Source: Deltaproteobacteria bacterium
Lineage (GTDB): Bacteria > Myxococcota > JACRCW01
DNA: 64,000 bases
Direction of reading: 5' to 3'
NCBI GenBank assembly: GCA_016218805.1
Contig: JACRCW010000038.1
Location: 24,915-88,914 of the forward strand
Shown: positions 1 to 9,323 of the stretch, one piece after another
How the letters are laid out: each line of letters starts with the position of its first letter
How positions within the stretch are numbered: position 1 is the stretch's first letter
Made by a program: the position numbers and the translations under genes
The notes under the pieces: generated by a model
Told to the model about the DNA's origin: nothing
The model's database searches: none
What the model saw: only the letters and a program-made list of their open reading frames with translations

Positions 1-561
1 TTCTACAACTATTTCTCATCCAAGGAAGACGTGCTTTTTGCACTGCAACAGGGCGCGTTTGAGGCGCTCATTGCGCGCGCGGAGCAGGGCGTGGCGGCCG
101 TCCCCTCCCCCGCGGGGCGGCTCCACGCGCTCATCCTCAATCACGTGCAATACGTGGCGGAGCACCCGTACGTGATGCGTGTGCTGGTGCACGAGGCCGG
201 GGCACTGCCGCCCGCACGGCGCCGCGCGGTCCGCGTGCTGAAGGAGAAATACTTTGATATCGGCCTGGGCATTGTGCGGGACATCCTGCACGAAGCCGCC
301 GGTACGCCGCCGCCGGCGTTGGAGATTGAGCGCGCGGCGTACTCGGTGTTTGGCATGATCAACTGGGTGTGGGGCTGGTACGAGCCCGACCGCCACGGTT
401 CCGCCGAAGACGTGGCGCGCACCATCAGCCGCGTGGCGCTGTCCGGTCTGGTCGGCACCGCGCGGCACGCTGGGATGCAGGAAGCCGTGGAAAAGAAACT
501 GGTGAAAGTCGAACGGCGGCCGCTGATCACATCGCAGCCGCATGCACAGGGAGGTGGTTGA
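1..561 (+). CDS. TetR-family transcriptional regulator, 5' end cut by window edge
   Basis: Frame 1 is open from base 1 (FYNYFSSKEDVLFALQQGAFE...), which reads like the end of a TetR HTH region followed by a helical ligand domain. The TGA stop overlaps the next ATG (TGATG). Confidence 0.7.
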   Translation, partial: FYNYFSSKEDVLFALQQGAFEALIARAEQGVAAVPSPAGRLHALILNHVQYVAEHPYVMRVLVHEAGALPPARRRAVRVLKEKYFDIGLGIVRDILHEAAGTPPPALEIERAAYSVFGMINWVWGWYEPDRHGSAEDVARTISRVALSGLVGTARHAGMQEAVEKKLVKVERRPLITSQPHAQGGG

Positions 562-1772
562 TGGAACCCACGGGTGGCGCCCCCGGGCGCACCGCAGCGG
601 ACCCCGCGGCGGACGTGCTGGAGAAGGCACGCGTGCTGGCGGAGGATCTTGCGCTGAACACGGTGAAAGCCTGGAAACAGAAGAACCCGGGAATGCTGGC
701 CATTGGCCACCTCCCCGTCTACACGCCGCGCGTGATGTTTGAAGCCATGGGCTGCCTGCCCGTCGCGGTGTTCGGCGCCGGCGAGATCGACATCATCAAG
801 GGCGACTCGTACTTCCAGTCCTACATCTGCCACATTCCGCGCTCCACGGTGGAACTGGGCCTGGGCGGCCAGCTGGATGTGCTGGACGGCATGGTGTTCC
901 CGTCCATCTGTGACGTCATCCGCAACCTGGGCGGCATGTGGAAACTCATGTTCCCAGCGAAGATGTCCGCCTACCTGGACCTGCCGCAGAACTTTGCGTG
1001 GGGCCTGGGTGGCCGCTTCTACATGGGCGAACTCAAGCGCATTGCGGCCGAGACCGAGAAGCGCGGCGCGCGTCCCCTCACCGAGGAGGGCCTGCGCCGC
1101 GCCATCAAGGCGGAGAACGCCCGGCGGCGCGCCCTGGCCGAGCTGGACGCCCTGCGCCGGGAAGAGCCGCACAAGGCGCGCGCCTCGGAAGCGTACCTGG
1201 TGGCCCGCGCCGGCGGCGTGATGCTGGCAGAGGAGCACGAGAAGCTCATCCGCGAGTTCTTGGCCGCCGCCCGCAAGCGCACCGGCCGCCCCATGGACAA
1301 CGTCCGTGTCGTCGTGGCGGGCTCGTTCTGCGAACAGCCTCCGCTGGGCCTCATCAAGACGCTGGAGAAAGCCGGTTGCGACATCCTGGAGGATGACTTC
1401 CAGCTTGGCCTGCGCATGATTGACGGGGACATTGAACTCAAGGACGGCATGCCTGCGCTGGAAAGCCTGGCGCGCGCGTTCACGGAGCGCGGCCGTGACA
1501 CGGCGTCCCGCTACGTTCCCGACGACACCAAGGGCCAGGCGCTCATCCGCCGCGTGAAAGAGTGCAAAGCGGACGGGGTGGTCTTTGCCGCCGCCAGCTT
1601 CTGTGACCCCGCCCTGCTGGACCAGCCCATGCTGGAGCACGCACTCACCCGCGCGGGCATCCCGCATACCAGCTTCAAGTTTGCCGAGAATACCGGCCAA
1701 TTCCAGGTCATCCGCGAGCAGGCCGGCGCCTTCTCCGATTCCGTTCGACTCTGGGGAGGACAGGCAGCATGA
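561..1772 (+). CDS. bcrC: Benzoyl-CoA reductase-type (class I) subunit C / 2-hydroxyacyl-CoA dehydratase family
   Basis: ATG 561 follows GGAGGTG. 403 aa with family-like motifs LAIGHLPVYTPRVMFEAMGCLPV, SYICHIPRS, FPSICDVIRN and FCDPALLDQP. First gene of a C-B-A-D four-gene set; ATGA overlap with the next gene. Confidence 0.6.
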   Translation: MEPTGGAPGRTAADPAADVLEKARVLAEDLALNTVKAWKQKNPGMLAIGHLPVYTPRVMFEAMGCLPVAVFGAGEIDIIKGDSYFQSYICHIPRSTVELGLGGQLDVLDGMVFPSICDVIRNLGGMWKLMFPAKMSAYLDLPQNFAWGLGGRFYMGELKRIAAETEKRGARPLTEEGLRRAIKAENARRRALAELDALRREEPHKARASEAYLVARAGGVMLAEEHEKLIREFLAAARKRTGRPMDNVRVVVAGSFCEQPPLGLIKTLEKAGCDILEDDFQLGLRMIDGDIELKDGMPALESLARAFTERGRDTASRYVPDDTKGQALIRRVKECKADGVVFAAASFCDPALLDQPMLEHALTRAGIPHTSFKFAENTGQFQVIREQAGAFSDSVRLWGGQAA

Positions 1773-3070
1773 CGACGACCACCACCACCGTGAAGTCCGA
1801 GAAGGAAGCCCAGAAGGACCGCAGCCAGGCGCGGCAGAAGGAGATGATTGCCAACCATTTCAAGAAGCTGGCGCGCGCCAAGGAGGACGGCAAGAAGGTG
1901 GTCTACACCTTTGTGCCGGGGAATCTTGCGGAATTGATCTCCGCGTTGGACATGCTGCCCGTGCTCCCGGAGATCAACGCGCTGCAGTCCGGCATGCGCA
2001 AGCGCTCCGGCGCGTTCATCCAGGAGGCTGAGAAAGCGGGCCATTCCGAGGACGTGTGCACGTACGTGAAGTGCGACCTGGGCATGCTCAAGAAGGGCAA
2101 CATTGGCCCCACCGACGAGCCGCTGCCGCCGCCGGACCTGCTGTTGCTCAGCTACACGGGCTGCTTCACGTTCATGAAGTGGTTTGAGTTGCTGCGCGAG
2201 GAATACAAGTGCCCGGTGGTGATGCTGCACGTGCCCTACCAGGCCGGCGGCGAGATCACCCAGGAAATGCGTGATTACGTGGTGGCCCAGCTGCGGGACG
2301 AGGTCATCCCGGTGATGGAGAAGGTGGCCGGGAAGAAGCTGGACATGAAGGTGCTGCAGCAGCACCTGGCGCTGAGCCGCACCGCGGAGGACGCGCTGGT
2401 GCAGGTGTGGGAGTCCGCGCGGCACCGGCCCTCCCCTATCGACGGGTATTTTGGCGGTGTCTATTACGTGGGCCCCATCTTCTCTTCATTCCGCGGCGGC
2501 CAGGATGCCGTGGAGTATTACAAGGAGTTGCTGGAGGAGACCAACGACCGCATCAGCAAGGGTCTGGGGCCCATGACGCCGGACGGCGTGATGCCCAAGG
2601 AGAAGTACCGCCTGGTGGTGGAAGGCCCGCCCAACTGGACCAACTTCTACGACTTCTGGCGCATGTTCTCCCGCGAGGGCGCCACCATTGTCAGCTCCAC
2701 GTACACCCGCGTGGGCGGCCTGTATGACACCGGCTTCCGGCATGACCCTGACAAACCCATGGAATCGCTGGCCGACTACTGCCTGGGCTGCTACACCAAC
2801 CTCAATCTCCCGTCGAGAATTGACCTGCTGGAGAAGTACATCAAGGACTACCAGGCTGACGGGTTCCTCATCAATTCCGTGAAAAGCTGCAATTCGTTCA
2901 GCGTGGGGCAGCTGTTGATCCTCCGCCAGCTGGAGGAGCGCACCGGGGTGCCCGGCGGTTTCATTGAGAGTGACCTGGTGGATCCCCGCTATTTCGGCAA
3001 GGCGAACATTGAGAACCGCGTCCAGAGCTACCTGCAGATGCTCGAAGCGCGCCGGAACGGAGGCCGCTGA
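1769..3070 (+). CDS. bcrB: Benzoyl-CoA reductase-type subunit B / 2-hydroxyacyl-CoA dehydratase family
   Basis: 433 aa with VVYTFVPGNLAELI, CTYVKCDLGM, LSYTGCFTFMKW and VKSCNSFSVGQ. SD GGGGAGGA upstream. Size and position match the beta subunit. Confidence 0.6.
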   Translation: MTTTTTTVKSEKEAQKDRSQARQKEMIANHFKKLARAKEDGKKVVYTFVPGNLAELISALDMLPVLPEINALQSGMRKRSGAFIQEAEKAGHSEDVCTYVKCDLGMLKKGNIGPTDEPLPPPDLLLLSYTGCFTFMKWFELLREEYKCPVVMLHVPYQAGGEITQEMRDYVVAQLRDEVIPVMEKVAGKKLDMKVLQQHLALSRTAEDALVQVWESARHRPSPIDGYFGGVYYVGPIFSSFRGGQDAVEYYKELLEETNDRISKGLGPMTPDGVMPKEKYRLVVEGPPNWTNFYDFWRMFSREGATIVSSTYTRVGGLYDTGFRHDPDKPMESLADYCLGCYTNLNLPSRIDLLEKYIKDYQADGFLINSVKSCNSFSVGQLLILRQLEERTGVPGGFIESDLVDPRYFGKANIENRVQSYLQMLEARRNGGR

Positions 3071-3072
3071 CC

Positions 3073-4440
3073 ATGAAGTGCGTCGTCGGGATTGACCTGG
3101 GGTCCACCACCACCAAGGCGGTGATCCTGGATGAGCAGGGGGAGATGGTGGGCCGCGGCATCACCAACAGCCGCAGCAACTACGAGGTGGCCTGCCAGGT
3201 GGCGCACCAGGAGGCGCTCATCAGCGTGCGCTTTGCCATGCTGGAGCGCGTGGGCGCCGCGTCAGAGAACGGCACGGGTGAGCGGGTGAAAGCGCTGGTT
3301 CCCGCCGTGAAGAGCGCGTACCGGTTGGAGTTGTACCTGCACGGGCTGGATGACCTGGAGCAGGTCATTGCGGCCCAGATGGGGCGCAGCCTGCTCAACC
3401 GGGGGCGCGCATCCCTGGAGCCATCCGTCAAGCGCATCCTGGCCATGGCGCGTGAGAACGCGCCGGCGCTGTTTGCCGCCAACGCGCCGCGCCGCAGTGA
3501 CTTCTTCCGGGACCTGGCCGGTGCCGCATACGTGGCGGGCGCCGAGAAGCTGGCCAAGGAGAACGGCGAGGAGTTTGAGCCGCTGGTGGCGGCGTATGAC
3601 CGCGCCATCCTGGAGGTGGAGACCCACGCCCTGCAGCAGGACATCTCCACCGTGCTCAAGCGCGCGGTGAACCGCGTGGCGCGCGAGCAGAAAGACGGCG
3701 AACCGGTGGCGCTGGCGCTGGTGCGCGCGGCCGACCAGGCGCTCAGCCAGCCGTTGCACGAGGTGGCGTTTGTGGGCACCGGGTACGGACGTCAAACGCT
3801 GCCGTTCCCGCGCGAAGCGGTGCGCAGCGAAATCCTGTGCCACGGCCGCGGCGCGCACCGCATCTTCCCGGGCACGCGCACGGTGCTGGATATTGGCGGA
3901 CAGGACACCAAGGCCATCCAGGTGGACGGGCACGGCGTGGTCACCGGGTTCCAGATGAATGACCGCTGCGCTGCGGGTTGCGGCCGTTACCTGGGCTACA
4001 TTGCCGACGAGTTGAACCTGGGCCTGCACGAGCTGGGACCGCTGGCGCTGCAGGCGAACACCATGGTGAAGGTGAACTCCACGTGCACGGTGTTTGCGGG
4101 CGCGGAGCTGCGCGAGCGCCTGGCACTGGGCCAGCGCCGCGAGGACATCCTGGCCGGCCTGCACCGCTCCATCATGCTGCGCGCCATGTCCCTGCTGGCC
4201 CGCAGTGGCGGCGTCAACAACGAGTTCACGTTCACCGGTGGCGTCTGCAACAACCCCATGGCCGTGAAGGTGCTGCGCGAGCTGGTGGTGCAGAACTACG
4301 GCGACAAGATCCACCTGAACATCCACCCGGATTCCATCTACATGGGTGCGCTGGGCGGGGCGCTGTTTGCGCTTGATGACCTGCGTGCTGACAAGCCCTC
4401 CCTGCTGCCCACCACGTGGGCCGCCGGCGCGGCGGCGTGA
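3073..4440 (+). CDS. bcrA: Benzoyl-CoA reductase-type subunit A (BadF/BadG/BcrA/BcrD ATPase)
   Basis: 455 aa. ASKHA-fold ATPase motifs VVGIDLGSTTTKAVILD, DIGGQDTKAIQV, NDRCAAGCGRYLGY (cluster-bridging Cys) and FTGGVCNNP. Contains the long insert typical of the alpha subunit. Confidence 0.7.
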   Translation: MKCVVGIDLGSTTTKAVILDEQGEMVGRGITNSRSNYEVACQVAHQEALISVRFAMLERVGAASENGTGERVKALVPAVKSAYRLELYLHGLDDLEQVIAAQMGRSLLNRGRASLEPSVKRILAMARENAPALFAANAPRRSDFFRDLAGAAYVAGAEKLAKENGEEFEPLVAAYDRAILEVETHALQQDISTVLKRAVNRVAREQKDGEPVALALVRAADQALSQPLHEVAFVGTGYGRQTLPFPREAVRSEILCHGRGAHRIFPGTRTVLDIGGQDTKAIQVDGHGVVTGFQMNDRCAAGCGRYLGYIADELNLGLHELGPLALQANTMVKVNSTCTVFAGAELRERLALGQRREDILAGLHRSIMLRAMSLLARSGGVNNEFTFTGGVCNNPMAVKVLRELVVQNYGDKIHLNIHPDSIYMGALGGALFALDDLRADKPSLLPTTWAAGAAA

Positions 4441-4450
4441 GGAGGACACC

Positions 4451-5356
4451 ATGGCCGAAAACACTCAATTGACGGCAGGACTGGACGCGGGCAGCGCGGC
4501 GGTGAAGGTGGCCATCCTGCGGTCGCAGGCGGGCAACCACGCGGAGGTGGTGGCCACCAGCGTGCAGCGCATCCGCCGCCGCGAAGTGGCTGAGGTGTGC
4601 CGGATTGCATTTGCCGAGGCGTGCCAGCGCGCGGGCGTGCAGCCCACCGCGTTTGACTACGTGGCCAGCACCGGCGAGGCGGACCAGATGGACTTTGCGC
4701 ACGGGCACTTCTACGGGATGACCACGCACGGGCGCGGCGCCCTGGTGCTGGACCCGGCCACGCGCTGCGTGATGGACGTGGGCGCGCTGCATGCGCGCGC
4801 CATCAAGGTGGATGAACGCGGCCGCGTGCTCGGTCACCGCATGACCAGCCAGTGCGCCAGCGGCTCCGGGCAATTTGTGGAGAACATTGCGCGGTACCTG
4901 GGCGTCCCGCTGGAGGATGTGGGCGCGCTGTCCGTCACCGCCAAGAAGCCGGAGGAGGTCTCCTCCATCTGCGCGGTGCTGGCGGAGACGGATGTCATCA
5001 ACATGGTCAGCCGCGGCGTGTCTACGGCGGACATCCTCAAGGGCATCCACCTGTCCAGTGCCGGGCGGCTGGCGCGGCTCATCCGCGCCGTGGGTGCGGA
5101 GGGCACGGTGCTGCTCACCGGCGGCATGGCGGCGGACAAAGGCCTCATTGCGGCGCTGAAGGAATCCCTGTCCGAGGCGCCCTCCAAGAAGAAGGACGCC
5201 GCGGTGACCATTGATGTGCACGCGCACGAGCTGTCCCCGCTGGCCGGCGCCGTGGGGGCGGCCGCGCTGGGCGCGTTCCGGTTTGATCAGTTACGCCGCG
5301 CCGGCCGCTGGGACGTGCTCAAGGGCGCCAGGGAAGGCGCCGCCGCCGCGGTGTGA
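4451..5356 (+). CDS. bcrD: Benzoyl-CoA reductase-type subunit D (second BcrA/D-type ATPase)
   Basis: ATG 4451 with GGAGGA SD. 301 aa with GLDAGSAAVKVAIL, SQCASGSGQFVENIARYLG and LLTGGMAADKG. Confidence 0.65.
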   Translation: MAENTQLTAGLDAGSAAVKVAILRSQAGNHAEVVATSVQRIRRREVAEVCRIAFAEACQRAGVQPTAFDYVASTGEADQMDFAHGHFYGMTTHGRGALVLDPATRCVMDVGALHARAIKVDERGRVLGHRMTSQCASGSGQFVENIARYLGVPLEDVGALSVTAKKPEEVSSICAVLAETDVINMVSRGVSTADILKGIHLSSAGRLARLIRAVGAEGTVLLTGGMAADKGLIAALKESLSEAPSKKKDAAVTIDVHAHELSPLAGAVGAAALGAFRFDQLRRAGRWDVLKGAREGAAAAV

Positions 5357-5481
5357 GCCCCCGCACGTGACAGGACGCACGTCGTGGAGCGGTGCGGCAC
5401 CCGCACGGCGCGGCATCCTTGCGGCCACCGCGCATCCGGCGGCATGGTGAACACCCGCAACGTTTGTTTAGGGAGGACTCC

Positions 5482-7371
5482 TTGACCACGCTCGGCCCCT
5501 GGCTGTTCGCCACTTTCTCGTCGGCGCTCGCGCCCGCGCAGGCACCCACTCAAAGCCCCTTGCGGATCATGGTTCCGGACGTCGTCATCGCCAAGGGCGC
5601 GGCGGCGGCGCTGCCCGTCACCCCCGGCGCGTTGGCCACCATGCTGGCGCAGGGCGCGCTGCAGGCGCGCGCGGGCCAGGTGTTGACGGAGCAGGACGCG
5701 CAGGCGGTGCTCAACGAGGCCGCCCGCGCGCAGCTCACCGGCTGCACGGAGATGCGCTGCGCACTGGACCTCTCCAAGCTGGCCGGCGCGGATCTGCTGC
5801 TCCGCGCCGAGGTGGGCATGCTGGGCCCGCGCGTGCTGGTGAACGCGTCACTGGTCCATGTGGCGGAGGCCCGCGTGCTCTCCGTGGCCACGCGTTCCAT
5901 GGCGCCCGAGCAGCTGGGGACGGGCGGCCTGGGCGCCATGGCCATGGGGATGTTTGGCCAGGCCGGTGGTGCCGGGGATGCACCGCCGGCGCCACCCCCC
6001 GCGGTGCCGCCGGGACCGCCGCAGCGCGTTGTGGTCACGTGCCGCCAGTGGGCCAACGAGGCGGGTGATCCCGCGGCGCGCGCCACCGCCATGGGACGCT
6101 CCGCCGAGGTGGTGGGCAGCGTGGGGGGATACAAGGCCATCAGCGCCGAGGAGCTGGCGACGGTGGTCAAGAGCGAGGCGGAGCAGCAGGCGCTGGGCAA
6201 CGGCGACGCATCGCTGCTGCAGCGCGTGGCGGACCAGCTCAAGGCGCCCTACCTGGTGAGCCTGGACGTCGGGCGCGCGGGTGACGCGTTTGTCGTCGGC
6301 GCGGCGCTGCTGGACGTGCAGAAGGCGGACGCGGTCAACCGCGCGTCCATCGTGTTCAAGGAGGGCAAGCAGCTGCTGGAGGCCATCACCGTGGTGACCA
6401 AGCGGTTGTTCGGCGTGAGCGCGCAACTGCCCCCGCCCGACGCGGACCCCAACCGGTTGGAGGCGCGCCTGCAGGCGCTGGCGCAGGACGTCCTGGGCAA
6501 ATACGGCGCATTGCCCCAGGGCGGCGCGGCAGGCCTCGTCATTCTCCCGTTCGGCGAAACGGCGCCGGAGCCCAAGCAGCGCAAGCTGGGCAATACGCTC
6601 GCGCAATTCATGCAGAGCGCCATGCAGACCCAGCCCGGCATCACCGTGGCTCCGGCGGAGAAGGTGGCCGCGTTGGGAAAGAGCCATGACCTCAGCAATC
6701 CGCTGGGCCTGGACGCCGGTGCCTTGACGGAAATTGGCATGTTTCTGGGCGCGCAGGCGGTGCTCGTTGGGAACGTGGGTGACTTTGGGACGGACTACGT
6801 GCTGCAGGCCAAGCTGGTAAAGGTGGCCGGCGCGCAGGCGCTGTGGTCCGGCAATGTCGTGTTTCCCAAGGCCAAGCCGGGATCACTGCTGCCCAAGAAA
6901 GTCCGCATTTCCCGCTCCCGCGCAGACGCGCTCACGCGCGCGGTGGTGCCCGGGCTGGCGCAGTTCACCGGTGGACCGCTTGGGATCGTGAAGGGCGCGT
7001 TGTTTGACGTCATTCTCGTTGGCGGCCTCGCGCTCCTGGTTCCGGCAGCCGCCTCCATCGTATTCGGGTCGCTGCTGTTCATTGCCAACTTCCCCCGTGC
7101 GGATGGTACGCGCATCCCGTTGTTGACCGTCACGTACAAGGACCCGGGGGGCGCCGTGGGTGACGACCCTGACTGCTCGTTCCAGGAGCACCCCACGGAC
7201 GCCAATGTCTGTGGCATGCCGCGGAATGTTGGCATGGCGGTGGCGGGCGTGGGGGGAGCGCTGGTTGCCGCGGGCTTGGCAAGCGCTGCGCTGGCCTACC
7301 TGGTCTCCTTTGTGGACGCCGGCATCTTCGGCGTGCGCGAGGAAGAAGTCAGCTTTGAAGCGGCCGAGTGA
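5482..7371 (+). CDS. Envelope protein with three tandem LpoB/CsgG/FlgO-like modules and a C-terminal membrane anchor
   Basis: TTG 5482 lies 4 nt after GGGAGGA (GTG 5392 is an alternative start). Hydrophobic N-terminus. Three modules each end in a G-x-x-G-x-x-[FY]-V/L-x-x-A-x-L-V/L-x-V motif: LLLRAEVGMLGPRVLVNASLVHV, YLVSLDVGRAGDAFVVGAALLDV and AVLVGNVGDFGTDYVLQAKLVKV. Two or more hydrophobic helices near the C-terminus. Confidence 0.5.
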   Translation: MTTLGPWLFATFSSALAPAQAPTQSPLRIMVPDVVIAKGAAAALPVTPGALATMLAQGALQARAGQVLTEQDAQAVLNEAARAQLTGCTEMRCALDLSKLAGADLLLRAEVGMLGPRVLVNASLVHVAEARVLSVATRSMAPEQLGTGGLGAMAMGMFGQAGGAGDAPPAPPPAVPPGPPQRVVVTCRQWANEAGDPAARATAMGRSAEVVGSVGGYKAISAEELATVVKSEAEQQALGNGDASLLQRVADQLKAPYLVSLDVGRAGDAFVVGAALLDVQKADAVNRASIVFKEGKQLLEAITVVTKRLFGVSAQLPPPDADPNRLEARLQALAQDVLGKYGALPQGGAAGLVILPFGETAPEPKQRKLGNTLAQFMQSAMQTQPGITVAPAEKVAALGKSHDLSNPLGLDAGALTEIGMFLGAQAVLVGNVGDFGTDYVLQAKLVKVAGAQALWSGNVVFPKAKPGSLLPKKVRISRSRADALTRAVVPGLAQFTGGPLGIVKGALFDVILVGGLALLVPAAASIVFGSLLFIANFPRADGTRIPLLTVTYKDPGGAVGDDPDCSFQEHPTDANVCGMPRNVGMAVAGVGGALVAAGLASAALAYLVSFVDAGIFGVREEEVSFEAAE

Positions 7372-7488
7372 TTCGGCCCCCCGGGCCGCACACCCGGCAC
7401 GCAACGTAACCTTCCCCGGATCCCGGCCGGCTCCCCTTAAGCGCGGCCAACAACGTGCCGAAGGCGCGTCCCAGAGAGGCGGGGCGCC

Positions 7489-7986
7489 ATGGACGAACTG
7501 TACGTTTTGAGCGCGGAGGCCCAGGCCATCCGCACGCTGGGAGCAGAAGTCGAAGCGGATCTGGCCGGGGGACGTGACGCGGAGGCGGCGCGCCGCGTCC
7601 GCGACCTCGCCGTCATCTGGCACGACGCCCTGGTGGTCCAGGAAGCCCGCGTACTGCAGCCTTCCGGCGTGGCTGACGTGGGCCTTCCGCACGCGGAGGT
7701 GGAGCGGGCCCGGCACATCGGGCTGCGGCTCATGGAGGCCGTGGCCGGTGCAGGCGCCCCGGGCTTCCCCCACGCCGCGGTGACGCGCGGCTTGATTGCG
7801 GAGATGCGCGCCCACGCTGAGCTGCTGGCCGAGCGGGTGCTCCCGGTTCTGTACGCCCGCTCCTCCGAGGAGGAGCGTTGGGAACTGGCGCGCGCCCTGG
7901 ACCGCACCCTGGATGACCTGGGGCGGTCCCGCTGGCAGCACCTGGTATTGGGCGCCAAAACGGCAGACCCCGGTTACCCGGCTTGA
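7489..7986 (+). CDS. Hypothetical helical protein, possibly hemerythrin/HHE-like
   Basis: 165-aa ORF, ATG after AGAGAGGCGGGG, with coding-like codon bias. His/Glu-rich helices (IWHDALVVQE, HAEVERARH, HAELLAERVLPVL). Weak assignment. Confidence 0.4.
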   Translation: MDELYVLSAEAQAIRTLGAEVEADLAGGRDAEAARRVRDLAVIWHDALVVQEARVLQPSGVADVGLPHAEVERARHIGLRLMEAVAGAGAPGFPHAAVTRGLIAEMRAHAELLAERVLPVLYARSSEEERWELARALDRTLDDLGRSRWQHLVLGAKTADPGYPA

Positions 7987-8016
7987 CGCACGCGCCGGGT
8001 CGGCGATGATGGCGCC

Positions 8017-9312
8017 ATGCCCATCAACCTGCCCTTTCCCTCCCTTCCCTCGTTTCCCCTGCCGCCCAGCTTTCCGGGGATTCGGCCGCATTCCACCTTC
8101 CCGGACAATGACCCCATTGCGTTTCCCCACGACGAGGGTGTCCACCCGCACATGAAGACGGAGTGGTGGTACCTCAACGGCCACCTGGGCGGGACGCGCG
8201 GCGAACAATTCGACTTCTTCTGTGCGTTGGCCCACCTGCCCAACGTGCTCACCGTGAAGGCCAACCCGGACCACTGGAAGGTGCCGCTGCCCGTGCCGGA
8301 CCTGATGGGAGCCACCGCGTGGGACGGGGGGCTGACGTCGCGCCGGGCGGGCGCCACGGGCCCCGGTCACCATTGGATCCGGCAGGTGCGGCCGTACGTG
8401 GTCCCGTGGAGCCCGCAGTGCAACCACGGCCTGCTCCCGGAACGGCTGGATGTGAACTTCCCCACGTGGCAGGGACCGGTGGCGCGCATGAAGCGGATGG
8501 ACAACCAGCACATTGCCGCGGACGTGCCCTTTGGCCCCAACGCGCGCCTGGTGCTGGAGCTGACGCAGTCCCTTCAGATGCCGCCCCTGCTGGTGGGCGG
8601 GCAGGGGACCATTGACATGGGGCCCAAGGGCCGGTCGCGGTACTACTCGCTGCCCAGCCTGCAGGCGCACGGCACGGTCAATGAGAACGGCAACGTTGCC
8701 GTGGTGGATGGCACGGTGTGGATGGACCACCAGTGGGGGGACATGGCGTTCTTTGACGGGTGGACGCATTGGAAGTGGTTTGGCGTCCAGCTGGACGGTG
8801 GCACGGAGATTGTCACCTTTGCGTTCTGGAATGACCGCGGGCACGTGCAGAGCAACGCCAGCATGCTGTTGCCGGACGGCCGCAGCGAACACCTCGTGGC
8901 CACCGCGGACAAAGCGCCGGTGCTGCGGGTCACAGACGACGCGTCCCGGTGGGAGAGCCCGCGTACGCACGTCAAATGGCCGCTGAAGTGTTCCATTGAT
9001 ATCCCGCCATGGAACCTCAAGCTGGACGTGGAACCCGTGGCCCAGGACCAGGAGGTCCCGGGCAGCGGACCGCACGGTTTCATCACGCCCGGGCCGTTCT
9101 TCCCCAACTACTGGGAAGGCGGCGTGACCGTGAAGGGCCAACTGGACGGCAAGCCGGTCACCGGCAAGGCGTATGAAGAGATGCTGGGCTACTACGCCGA
9201 CAATGACCGCGCGCTGCCCGCGCCCGCCACCGTCCTGGGTGACATGGCCGCTGCGCTGTCCCGCTGGTTGGTGGACGCCAAGACGGATATCCACGGGCAT
9301 ATCTGGAGTTGA
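8017..9312 (+). CDS. AttH/CrtC-like (lipocalin-like hydroxyneurosporene-synthase family) protein
   Basis: 431 aa. FPHDEGVHPHMKTEWWYLNGHL and VWMDHQWGD match the signature of the AttH/CrtC family. Pro-rich N-terminus PINLPFPSLPSFPLPPSFP. Confidence 0.6.
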   Translation: MPINLPFPSLPSFPLPPSFPGIRPHSTFPDNDPIAFPHDEGVHPHMKTEWWYLNGHLGGTRGEQFDFFCALAHLPNVLTVKANPDHWKVPLPVPDLMGATAWDGGLTSRRAGATGPGHHWIRQVRPYVVPWSPQCNHGLLPERLDVNFPTWQGPVARMKRMDNQHIAADVPFGPNARLVLELTQSLQMPPLLVGGQGTIDMGPKGRSRYYSLPSLQAHGTVNENGNVAVVDGTVWMDHQWGDMAFFDGWTHWKWFGVQLDGGTEIVTFAFWNDRGHVQSNASMLLPDGRSEHLVATADKAPVLRVTDDASRWESPRTHVKWPLKCSIDIPPWNLKLDVEPVAQDQEVPGSGPHGFITPGPFFPNYWEGGVTVKGQLDGKPVTGKAYEEMLGYYADNDRALPAPATVLGDMAAALSRWLVDAKTDIHGHIWS

Positions 9313-9323
9313 TGCGGCCGCGG

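Noticed and set aside
141-1700. 519-aa - strand ORF across the TetR and bcrC genes
   Set aside because: It is antisense to genes with clear family motifs, has an Ala/Arg/Gly-rich composition and has no SD. Shadow ORF.
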